From Dictyostelium discoideum (lineage: Eukaryota), in contig CM000155.2 in the NCBI GenBank assembly GCA_000004695.1, positions 3,136,001 through 3,200,000 of the forward strand: a stretch of DNA of 64,000 bases, in the 5' to 3' direction. The number at the start of each line of letters is the position of its first letter. Position 1 is the first letter of the stretch. The notes under the pieces were generated by a model that searched no databases, was not told the origin of the DNA, and saw only the letters and a program-made list of their open reading frames with translations. The position numbers and the translations under genes are program-made. Below are positions 53,105 to 64,000 of this stretch, piece by piece.

Positions 53105-53620
53105 ATGCAAACTTTTAAAAAATTAATATTAATTTTGTTATTATTAGCTTTATTTGTTTTTTCAAATGGTCAATATACATTTAATGTTTTAAATAAAGCT
53201 CCAGGATCTAAATGTGAAAATGGTACAATGGCAGAATTAAATACTTGTAGTAAAGATTGTTTAACATCATTCTTAATTTTAAAATCAATTGATAAGAAAT
53301 CATTAACATTTACAACTTTTAATAATAATCAATGTAATGGTGATTATAATACTCAAACAACTTTTGATTGTAAACCAACTCCTCAAAATATTTCTCAAAC
53401 TCAATACTTTATTTCATGTGAAGAACAAACCTCTAAACCTACTAGTTCTCCAATTCATTCCAATTCAACAATTAAATCCACTTCTACCACTACTACCTCC
53501 ACTCCTCTTCCTCACAAAGATACTCCACATCACTCTGCTAGTAGTTCCTCTATTGTAGTTAGATTAACACCAATTTTTTTTATTGCATTTGCTTCTCTTA
53601 TTTTTTTATTTGGTTTCTAA
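53105..53620 (+). CDS. Ponticulin-like protein of 171 aa (signal peptide, Cys-pattern domain, S/T stalk, GPI signal)
   Basis: [34 protein letters not shown] is collinear with ponticulin. Confidence 0.65.
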
Positions 53621-54336
53621 AATTTTAAGATAAACCAAAACAAAAAAAAAAAAAATAAAAAAAAATAATAAAAAAAGTTTTTAAACACAAAATAAATAAT
53701 TGTTTATAATTATATCTTTTATTTTGGAATTAAATTTAAAAATAAAAAAATAAAATAAAATAATTGATAATATTAAATAAAACTTATACATGTATAAAAA
53801 AATAAGTAACTAAAACAATGAATATATTTGTAAGATTTTTTTTTTTTTTTTTACACTTTAAATTTTGTGAATACATTAAAAAAAAAAAAAAAAAAAATTA
53901 AAGAATAATATTTTAAAAAAAAAATTATAAAAAATATTTTAGAACTAATTTTTTAATGTTATAAATTTAATTAAATAAATAAAAATAATACATTACATGA
54001 TTATTCATTTTCATTTTTTTTTTTAAAAAAAAAAAAATTAATGATAATAATGATCTATAGTAAAAGTTAATAAATAAAAGTTTAGTGAATATAATATTAC
54101 TTTTTAAATTTTTTTTTTTTTTTTTGTTTGTTATATCTTTTATTTTTTTTTTTTTTCTATTTTTTTAATTTTTCTAATTTTAAATTTTATACAAATTTAC
54201 CCTTAATTACCTTTTTTTTTTTTTTTTTTTTTTTTTGTTTTTTTTTTTTCCTCTAATTTTTAAAAAAAAAAAAAAGAAATAAAAGAAAAAGAAAAAAAAA
54301 ATAAATAAATAAATATAGAGTTTTTTTTTTTTTTTT

Positions 54337-55311
54337 TTAAGGATAAATTGAAGAAGATTTTTTAGCTAAAGATTGAAATTGTTGAGATTCAGTCATACCT
54401 CTACCACTACCAATAACACCTACTTTACTATGAATACCATCACCAGTTGAAAACATTGAAGTCTTTTTTCTATCAGTAAAAGTGCCAGGTATAGATTTCT
54501 TTGGTTTATTTACGAAATCTTTCCAAGCTTGAGTTTTTTGTTTACCTTCTTCTTCAACTTTTTTCAAACGATTCATAGATTTGATTGAATGAATTTTCTT
54601 TTGTTTTTGTTTTTTAACCTCTTCACTATCCTCTGGTAAAATTTTTAAAGATTTTGGAATCACTTGAATTTGATCGGGTGCTTGTAAATATTTTTTTTGT
54701 TCCAATGTTTGATTTGCTAATAATTTTAAAGATCTAGTTGGTGGTCTAATTTTATCAAATGTTAAAGTTTCCGTATTACCATAATCAGTGTATGTTACAA
54801 CAAATGTACCATCTTTATTAATTGAATCAATCTTTGCTCTATACCAAATTCCATCAACTGAATATTGTCCTTCACATACTGATCCAACTGTCATTTTTGT
54901 CTCTGAAAATGAATTATCTTCAATAATATTTGATGGTATATTATTATTATCATTATCATTAAATGTTGATTTTTTATTAATTGTTGGTGGTGGTATTATT
55001 ATATTATTATTTTTAAATTCTGAAGAAGAATTAAAATTGTTATTACTATTATTATTATTTGTATTATTTACTGCTACACTAGTAGAATTGATAGGAGTAG
55101 TTACATTGTTAATTATATTATTGGTTTCTTTTTCTCTTTGTTTCTTTATAATTAAATCTGTTGTTGTTTTTATAATTGTAATTAAATCATTTTTTAATGT
55201 TTGTAATTCATCATCGTTATTATCCTCTTCTAATAATGCTTCAATTTCAAGAAGCTCTGTTTTATCTTGTTTTAATTTATTTTCTAAATCTTCAATAGAA
55301 TATGATTCCAT
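54337..55311 (-). CDS. SPF30 / SMNDC1-like splicing factor with a Tudor domain, 324 aa
   Basis: The Tudor core is VGSVCEGQYSVDGIWYRAKIDSINKDGTFVVTYTDYGNTETL. There is an N-terminal coiled coil. The C-terminal KVGVIGSGRGMTESQQFQ resembles the SPF30 tail. Confidence 0.7.
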   Translation of the reverse strand: MESYSIEDLENKLKQDKTELLEIEALLEEDNNDDELQTLKNDLITIIKTTTDLIIKKQREKETNNIINNVTTPINSTSVAVNNTNNNNSNNNFNSSSEFKNNNIIIPPPTINKKSTFNDNDNNNIPSNIIEDNSFSETKMTVGSVCEGQYSVDGIWYRAKIDSINKDGTFVVTYTDYGNTETLTFDKIRPPTRSLKLLANQTLEQKKYLQAPDQIQVIPKSLKILPEDSEEVKKQKQKKIHSIKSMNRLKKVEEEGKQKTQAWKDFVNKPKKSIPGTFTDRKKTSMFSTGDGIHSKVGVIGSGRGMTESQQFQSLAKKSSSIYP

Positions 55312-55708
55312 TCTGTATTTAATATAAATATATATAAATATAAATAAATTTGTTTTTTAAAAAGAAAAAAAAAGTTTTTTTTTTATGTTAACGTTTAAAT
55401 GCGGTTGTGTCAAAAATTAAAAATAAAAAAAAAAAAAAAAAAAAATTTTGAATAAAAAAAAAAAAAAATAAAAAAAAAAATAAAAAAAAAAATTAAAATT
55501 AATAAAAAAAATTATTAATAATTGTTTTTTGTTTAAATCTTGGATGCATATTTTAAATTTTTTTTTTTTTTTTTTTTTATTTTGTTTTTTTTTTTTTTCA
55601 TATTTATGATTTAATCCTTTTTTAGAAATTTCATAACAATGAAATTTCATTTTAAGGGAAAAAAAATTATTGTTTGGAAATGGGGAAATCTGGAAAATAA
55701 AATTATTA

Positions 55709-55740
<32 letters not shown>

Positions 55741-55820
55741 TCTTTTGTTATTTATTTATTTTTATTTCTTTATAATTAAACATTACCTTTTTTTTTTTTT
55801 ATTTTATTTTATTTTTTTTT

Positions 55821-56787
55821 TTAATTAATTGAAATTACATTATAATTTGGATTTATAGTACCAATTACGATTAAACTGAAATGATAAATTGAAGAAGGTG
55901 TAATAACAACATCATTTGGTAATGAAAACTCAGTTAAAGAATTTGCTATGATACTCCAAGCAGATTGTAAATTTCTAAGTGGTGTATCACTTGAAAATGA
56001 TAATTTTCTAATATCATTTAGCCCATTATTTGTAATTTTCAAACTAATATCCATATAATTAATACCACTATCGACCCATTTACTATTAATTTTTGATTCA
56101 ATTATAGCATCACCAATATTACCACCATTTCCATTTCCATTTCCAGTTGTAGTTGGTGGAGAAGTTTGAATTGAACATAAACTTGCAACAGCTTGGTATC
56201 TTTTTTTAGAAGCTATGTGAAAAGCGTATAATCTACCCTCATCAGAATAACCATTGAATACATTTGTACTACAATCGGTGATATTGAAAACTCTACTTTT
56301 ACCCTCATTATTAATTGTTACTTGACCATCACGAGTTATACGAAATGAACGTGAGTCATAAAATCCTTCAACTGTTCTCTGATCTGAGAATGGTTGAGTT
56401 TTACCTGCAAAACAATCTTCATTAATTGATGAAAGTGCAATATATCCATCAGTATTTGATAAATCATTTGAAAATAATGGTGCTGTCATTGAATTACCTC
56501 TGGCATATATAATTTTACCATTTGGATCAACATATGAAATTTGAATACCTTTACATTAAATAATTAATAATTAAAATAATATTAAAAATTGAAATTTATT
56601 ATTTTCATTTTTATTTTTGTTTTTCATTTTTATACTTTTTACTTTATACTTTACCATTATTTTGATTATTTACAAAATAAGTTAATAATGCATCTTTACA
56701 TCTTTGAGGTGTTGGTCCATTGGCCTCACATGATTTAAATAAAAATATTGAAAAAACTATAATTATTAAACCAAAAACCAATCTCAT
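55821..56787 (-). CDS. Secreted protein of unknown family, about 286 aa. Exons: complement(56655..56787) and complement(55821..56548).
   Basis: Exon 1 encodes the signal peptide MRLVFGLIIIVFSIFLFKSCEANG... with a GTAAAG donor. Exon 2 runs in frame from a ...AAAG acceptor through the 222-aa ORF. It contains a GNGNGNGG linker and N-glycosylation sites. Confidence 0.55.
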
Positions 56788-56885
56788 TGTAATATATTTT
56801 TTTTTTTTTATAGTTGTAAATTAATTTTTTGTCTCAAAGTATTAAAATTATTATTATTATTATTAATATTATTATTAATTTTTTT

Positions 56886-56929
<44 letters not shown>

Positions 56930-57231
56930 CATTCAAATACAATTGTGTGTGTGAAAGTGTGAGAAACAATTTACATTTCTACAAATTCTTTCATTTTTTT
57001 TTTAATTTAATTATTATTTTTTTTATTATCATTGGATTGGTTGCTTTTAAATTGTTATATTGTAAGAAAATGTAAAGATGAAAAATAAATAAAAAAAAAA
57101 ATAAATAAATAATAAAAAGTCCAAAGTGTAAAAGAAAAAAAAAAAATAAATTTTAAAATTAAAATTATTTATTGAATTAAAACTCTTTTTTTTTTTTTGT
57201 GAAAAAAAAAAAAAAATAAAAAAAATAAAAA

Positions 57232-57278
<47 letters not shown>

Positions 57279-57286
<8 letters not shown>

Positions 57287-58119
57287 TTTTAATTTTCTTG
57301 ATTTGGTAAAACTAAAGGAGTTGATGGATCATAAGGTTTAATTAAAAGTTCAGAGAATAATTTTAATGATGGTACACCTCTAACTTCTGCCTTTAATAAA
57401 GGTAATTTAGTGACATGAAAATCGAAATATAAATCAGCGATTTGATCCAAATATTTCTTTTGCATCTTTTGTCTTGCATTACATAAACTACAATCCTTTT
57501 CTGGATAAACGATTTGATTTACAATTACATTATGAACATCAATATCTAATTTTGTTAATTGTTGAATTAATCTTTCTGTTTCATATACTGATAAAAATTC
57601 TGGTATACAAACTGGAATAAATGTTGTTAAATCCTAAATAAAAATAAAAAAATAAAAAATAAATTAATTTCTTTATATCTAAGTATATTTTATATATTTG
57701 TTTTATATATATAAAACTTACTGGATTTTTAAATTGAATATTAATTTCTTCAATAACTTTTTTAGTTGATTGAATTTTACCTTCCATATTTTCTAAAGAT
57801 GGTGCATTACCACCCATCATACCAGATACAGCATTGAAAATACCAGAAAAGTTTTGTTGCATTGATAAGAATTTATTAATACCTTTATCTAATAATGATG
57901 GAATTGAGAGTAATCTAAGGGTATGACCAGTTGGTGCTGTATCGAAAACTACCACTGAAAATTCTAATGATTTAACCAATTTCATAACTTCTGCAAAACT
58001 CATTGCTTCATCAATACCTGGTATAGCTGCTGTAAATTCTTGTAAATTAAATCCATCTGATTGTGTTTCCATAAATTCTGGTGCTAATTGATCTGGTGTT
58101 GGGTCAATTTCCTACAGTG

Positions 58120-58190
<71 letters not shown>

Positions 58191-58505
58191 ATACACATAT
58201 TATTAATATATAAATAATAACTAATTAATAAATAAATAATAATAATTTACCATTGCAAATAAATTTGTAAAACCTTCAACTAAAGTTGGTGATTTTGTAA
58301 ATTTTTGACCAAATGCATCACTAAGATTATGTGCTGGATCAGTTGAAATTAATAAAACTGATTCTTTAACTTTTGATAATTGAATTGCAACACTACAACT
58401 TGTGGTAGTTTTACCTACACCACCTTTACCACCTACAAAAATCCATTTTAATTTCTCGCTATTTATAATGTTTTCAATAGTTGGTTCAAATTCATCATCA
58501 GCCAT
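57279..58505 (-). CDS. get3: GET3 / ArsA (TRC40) tail-anchored-protein targeting ATPase, 329 aa. Exons: complement(58251..58505), complement(57722..58111) and complement(57279..57623).
   Basis: P-loop [24 protein letters not shown], then [15 protein letters not shown], then [12 protein letters not shown], and the CxxC dimer motif DCSLCNAR in exon 3. Donors are GTAAAT and GTAAGT, and the phases are consistent. Intron 1 holds a (TAAA)17 repeat. Confidence 0.85.
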
Positions 58506-58899
58506 TTTTTTATTTATTTATTAATTATTTATAAAATTATAATTTAATTAAAAGGGTGTGAACGCGAATTTATGTGTTTGAATGAAAATGAATGTTTAAA
58601 AAAAAAAATTAAAAAATAAAAAAAAATTTCAAAAATTAAAAAAAAAATTAAAAAAAAATTAAAAAAAAAAATTATTTGTAACATCGTCATCGGGTGGTGT
58701 TTATGACTGTTTTGAAAAAGAAAAAAAAAAAAAATAAAAAAAAACAAAAAAAAAGAAACCTAAAAAGGTAAAAAAAAAAAAAGATAAAAAAAATTCCATT
58801 TATTTCCAATATTGAATTTAAATAGGATTTTTATTTTTATTTTTTTTGTTTTCAAGATTTTTTGGTTGATTTTAAAATAGATATATGAAAAAAAAAAAA

Positions 58900-58934
<35 letters not shown>

Positions 58935-59070
58935 TTTATTGGTTGATATTAAAATAAATACATAGATGAAATACGTTACTTTTTTTTTTCTGAAATTCAC
59001 TTTTTTTTTTTTGATTTCTTTTTTTTTAGTTTTTTTTTAAAATTTTTTTTCATCCACAAAAATCTAAAAA

Positions 59071-59105
<35 letters not shown>

Positions 59106-59273
59106 TAACACCCCTCAAAGTCTCAAACTTATCAAAAAGTAGATAATTATCTTCTTCCTCCCCCCTGTCTCCTCCCTCCTCTTCTTTTTTTTTCCTCTTC
59201 CTCTTCCTCTTCTATTCCTCTTCTTTTTTTTCCTCTTCTTTTTCCCCTTCCTCAAAAAAAAAAAATAATTAAA

Positions 59274-59720
59274 ATGAAAGTCTCAAATATTTTATTATTA
59301 ATTGCAACTATTATCTGTATCTTTAGTTTTACCAATGGAAAAGTGAATCATGGTACACCAGATCAAGGTGAAATTAACTATTGTAATATGTGTAATGTTA
59401 CAACTCAATGCGCTCATGGTACCGATCATAACTGTGTTGATGTCACATTAAATAAATGTACATCAGTAACCAATACCTGCGATAACTCTCAATTCTATAC
59501 CATTGTAACTCAAGAAGGTAGTACTGTCTCCACAAGAAAGTATCAAAATGCCAATTGTACCACCGAAGTTGTCAACACCTTTACCACCGTATCTTGTGGT
59601 AGTTGTTCAAGTTCCGGTGAAATCCAAGTACTCTGTGCTGCTGATGATGATTCAAGCTCTACTTTAGTTTATCCTTCAATCTTTTTGATTGTAATGATTT
59701 TAATTTCTTTAATCTTTTAA
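59274..59720 (+). CDS. Ponticulin-like GPI-anchored protein, 148 aa
   Basis: A signal peptide, a Cys-rich domain (CNMCNVTTQCAHGTDHNCVD...), and a hydrophobic GPI-signal tail. Confidence 0.6.
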   Translation: MKVSNILLLIATIICIFSFTNGKVNHGTPDQGEINYCNMCNVTTQCAHGTDHNCVDVTLNKCTSVTNTCDNSQFYTIVTQEGSTVSTRKYQNANCTTEVVNTFTTVSCGSCSSSGEIQVLCAADDDSSSTLVYPSIFLIVMILISLIF

Positions 59721-59888
59721 AATTATTTAAAATAAAATAAAATAAAAATTAATCTTTTAGGTTCACTTAAAAAAAAAAAAAAATAATAATAATAATAATA
59801 AAATACTTGGCACCATTCAGACAATTTATTATTATTTTATTTAAAAAAATATGGAATTTAAATTAAATAATTATTTAATTTAAATTTT

Positions 59889-59924
<36 letters not shown>

Positions 59925-60068
59925 ATGGAAATATCTAAACATATATTTTAAATCTTTGGCACCCAAATAAAATTTTCAATAAAATAAAAAAAACAAAATC
60001 AACCACTCACACTTCAATGCAAATTTAACTCAACATAATTTTTAATATAAAACTATAAATGGTTTTTT

Positions 60069-60119
<51 letters not shown>

Positions 60120-60426
60120 CCACAACAACAGCAACATCAAGTAACAACTTTAGGTAGTTATTTATCTTTATTATAATTTTTTTATAAAATGATAACTAGA
60201 AATGTATGTTTTATTTTATTTATTTATTTTATTTATAAATTTATATATTTAAAAAAAAAAAAAAAGAAATGAGAAGAATGTTTGAAAATTATAAACAAAG
60301 TAAAAAAGAATTAAACAAGAAGCTATAAATGAAATTAAAGAAAAAGAAAAATTAGAAAAGAAAGTAAATAAAGATAGAGAAAGAGCTGAAAAAAATTCAT
60401 TTATACCCTACAACTATATTAATGAT

Positions 60427-60510
<84 letters not shown>

Positions 60511-60650
60511 TCTATTCAAAAATAATAAAAATAATAAAAAATAATAATAATGATAAATTTTTAAATTAAAATTTTAAAATTATCTTATTTTATTTTAATT
60601 AAATGTTAATTGTTTTTTGATTAATCAAAATCCATTTATTTTTGAATATT

Positions 60651-60683
<33 letters not shown>

Positions 60684-61310
60684 CCTGAAACCTTGGTAAT
60701 AAATCCATAGTAAATAGTTCAGACCTTCAATTTTCATATTATTTTTTTCATATTATAATTATTATATATTTTTAATATTTACCTATTTTTATTAAAAAAA
60801 ATTAAATTAAGAAAAATAAAATAAAAAAGAGAAAATTTTTTTTATAAAACAAAATTCTTCCTAATTATAGACATAAAAAACAAAATTACAAATAATAAAA
60901 AAAATAAAAAATAAATAAATAAAAATAAGATAAACAATTATGGTCCCATTTGCGTGGTTCTAAATTTTGATGGAATTTTTAATGAATTTTAATTGAAAAA
61001 AAAAAAAAAAAATAATAATAATAACAGCAATTGTTTTAAAACTAGCATCATCCAATGTTTGTCAACATTAATAAAAAACACTTTGGAGATTGCAAAGGCA
61101 GCTCCACCTATTTTAATTTAAAAATTTGCACACTCACAAAATCAAAATAAAAAAAAAAAAAAAAAACCTGGTAAATTTTTTATTTTTTTTTTTTATTTTT
61201 TTTTTTTTTATTTTGAAAACTTATTCAATCAAAGTTCAGTTGAAATAGAATGTTATTATTATTAAATATATTTTTTTTTTTTTTTTTTTTTTTGATTTTA
61301 TGAGTAATTG

Positions 61311-61341
<31 letters not shown>

Positions 61342-61357
61342 CGGGTTTTAGAGAAGT

Positions 61358-61388
<31 letters not shown>

Positions 61389-61619
61389 TGAGATTGGGAA
61401 AAAAAAAAAAAAAAGAATAAATCGTAGCTTATCGCCATAATAATTCTATAATGTTTATTTATTGGCTGGGAAATAAAGGAATAAAAAAAAAAAAAGTGGA
61501 AAGTTATAATATCTTTTGTTTTTCCTATTCCCAACTGATAAAAATACCATTTTCTATTTTTGAAATAAATTAATTAAAATTGTAACCCCCATTTAATGTG
61601 AACATTGAGAGAAAACCAA

Positions 61620-61650
<31 letters not shown>

Positions 61651-62629
61651 AAAATTGGAATTAAATATTCCTGGTTGGAGTGAAATGGTGAATATTTCAT
61701 AAAAAATCCGTTTAAAGGTGCAGTTGGTGATTCACATAATGTTTTATTTTTATTAATATTATTATGAAATCCTCCTCAAGCATTAAAAAAATTGTTGATT
61801 ACAAAAAAACCTTAAAACTTCAACCAGTTTTAAAAATAAAATTATTATTATTGTTTTTTTTATTGATTTATTGTTTTTGGAATCCTGGTCTTTTCCAAAA
61901 AAAAAAACAGCAAAAAATTTGTTTTTTTTTTTTTTCATTTTTCACATTTTTTTTTTTTTTTTTTATTTTTTATTTTTTTTTTTTTATTTTTCTCAACACT
62001 CAACCAGTCTTTGTAACTTTTTTTTTTTATTTTATTTTTTATTTTTTATTATTTTTTTTATTTTTTTTTTTATTTTTTTAAATACCATTTTTTTAAAATA
62101 AAAAAAAAAAAAAAAATATTCCATAATCTAACAAATAAATAAATCAAATAGATAATAATAATAATAATTATTAAAAAAAAAAAAAAAAAAATAAATAATA
62201 ATAATATTTGCACTCAGAACCAAAAACAATTGTTTTTTTTTTAGGCCTGGGGTAGGTTAAAAATTTGAAAATTTTATTTATTTTTATTTTTTTTTATTTT
62301 TTTTTATTTTTTTGTTTTTTTATTTTTTTTATTTTTATTTTTTCAATATTCTAATCTTTTTTATTTAAAACACATTTTGTATATAAAAAAACATAGTTTT
62401 TTTATTACTTTTTTTTTTTTTTATTTGTTTTATATTAATAATTTTTTTTTAGATTTTTAATTTTTTGTTTTTTTTTACGAACATTTCCTAAAAAAAAGAG
62501 AAAAAAAAAAAAAAAAAAAAACAAACAAAAAAAACAATACACACAAACAATACCACCACAACACCAATAATTATAATACCTACGAAATAATATAAATAAA
62601 AAAAATAAAAAAAACACTAAAATACAATA

Positions 62630-64000
62630 ATGGGTTTCGATGATGGATCATTCAATAGTCAAAGTTATAGTACTTCATTTAATAGTTTAAATAATTTCTA
62701 TATTCCTCTTAACCAATCACAACAACCACAACAACAATCTCAAGTACAACAACAACAACCACCAACACAACAAGTACAACAAAACAATGAATTATTATCA
62801 AGTGGTGGTATTCAAAACAATTCTGATATTGTTGTAAATAATAATCCAGTATTTCAAAATCTAAACTTAGGTCATTTAGGTGCTGATAAAATTATTTATG
62901 AAGGTATGTAAATTTTTAAAATTTTTAAAATTTTATATAAAAAATAAATAAATAAATAATAATACTAATTTTTTTTATTTTATTTTTTTTAGGTTTATTA
63001 ATTAAACAAACTAAAATTTTAAAGAGATGGGATCCAAAATATTTTTGTTTATTAAATTCATCACTTATTAATTTTTATGATACAACAAAAACTCGTGTTC
63101 ATCGTGTTTTCTATTTGGATCAAATTTCAATTTCATACAAGAAAATGGCGACTGATACAGAGATAAAAATATGTTTATTAATTCAAGATAGTGGTCGTAC
63201 TCATTATCTTTATTCACAAATTCCAAATCAAACTGAAGCTTGGATTAATGCTTTAGTTACACAAAAAAAGATTTTAATGCAAGCAAAATCAAATCAATTC
63301 TTAATGAATTCAACTCCATCTTATCCTTCATTCCCATTATCAACTTCACCACCACCATATTATAATAACAATAATAATAGTAATAATGGTAATAGTTTTG
63401 GTATGATGATTGAGCAAGCTCAACAACAAGCTCAACAACAAGCACAACAACAACAAGCACAATTATCACAATCATATCAACAACAACAACAACAACCATC
63501 AGTTGTTAATAATACTTATAACTTTTATTCATATCAACCACAACCACAACCATATCAACCACAATATAATATTCCAATTGATAGGTCAGTTGATCCAAAT
63601 ATTTTATTTAATAATAATACTGGTTTCATTCAACAACAACAACAATTACAATTACAAGCTGCTGCTCAGCAACAATATCAACAACAACAACAACCACAAC
63701 AATCTAATAATAATAATAATAATAATGATGTTCAATGGATTCAACATAAAGTTTTAACAACTGATACATTGGCTGGTATTGCAATTAAATATAATACTAC
63801 AATTGATGTAATTAAAAGAATTAATTTAATTCAAGGTAATAATTGTATTAGTCATCAAACTTTATTGGTACCTTCATCTGGTGTTGTTAATTATCAACCA
63901 CAACAAGTTCAACAACCAGCCAACTCTGAGGATGAAAGAAAGAGAAAGCTCATTCAATTGTTTGCTGTATCTGAAAACATCTCAAAGGAAGAGGCTAGAT
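62630..64000 (+). CDS. PH-domain plus LysM-domain protein whose 3' end lies beyond the window. Exons: 62630..62903 and 62993..>64000.
   Basis: The donor is GTATGT and the acceptor is TTTTTTAG. Exon 2 encodes LLIKQTKILKRWDPKYFCLLNSSLINFYD...EAWINALV (PH-like), then poly-Q, then VQWIQHKVLTTDTLAGIAIKYNTTIDVIKRINLIQGNNCISHQTLLVP (LysM). Confidence 0.55.

Noticed and set aside
54788-55327. Plus-strand ORF of 179 aa opposite the SPF30-like gene
   Set aside because: Antisense to a gene that carries a clear Tudor domain, and its product is low-complexity L/S/V-rich.
61764-62101. ORFs 61764-62081 and 61871-62101
   Set aside because: Mostly poly-F/poly-K from T- and A-runs. The non-repetitive N-terminal 40 aa is too short and is unsupported.
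63257-63757. ORFs 63257-63499 (-) and 63410-63757 (+), which are rich in N, H and V
   Set aside because: They are alternate frames of the CAA/AAT-rich second exon of the PH-LysM gene.

Overview
This 64-kb window is nuclear DNA of a social amoeba, almost certainly Dictyostelium discoideum. It is about 78% AT, has homopolymer A/T tracts between genes, poly-N and poly-Q coding repeats, short GTAAGT/GTATGT introns, TRE5-A and TRE3 tRNA-targeted retrotransposons, and a ponticulin gene. Because it is eukaryotic, I looked for CRISPR arrays and operons and found none. Layout: (i) 1-5.9 kb holds two divergent tRNA-Lys(UUU) genes flanking an internally deleted TRE5-A element, plus the 3' end of a multi-pass membrane protein gene. 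(ii) 5.9-36.3 kb is a gene-dense block. It contains a DIS3/RRP44 exoribonuclease, a nicotinamidase, a PI-PLC-X-domain protein, two coiled-coil/low-complexity proteins, a NOC3-like protein, a SWI5-like protein and a TMC-like channel protein, and most of these have one or two small introns. (iii) 36.3-51.3 kb is a 15-kb retrotransposon nest built around tRNA-His(GUG) and tRNA-Asn(GUU). It holds several short TRE5-A derivatives, an apparently intact full-length TRE5-type element inserted 50 bp upstream of tRNA-Asn between copies of the same target-site duplication, and a TRE3 element with its own TSD about 60 bp downstream of tRNA-Asn. (iv) 52-64 kb carries ponticulin (ponA-like) plus two ponticulin-like paralogues, an SPF30/SMNDC1 Tudor protein, a secreted protein, the GET3/ArsA ATPase with three exons, and the 5' part of a PH-LysM domain protein that runs off the window. 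Exon boundaries were called by eye from GT..AG and reading-frame continuity and may be off by a few bp. Family names come from motif recall, not from a database search.
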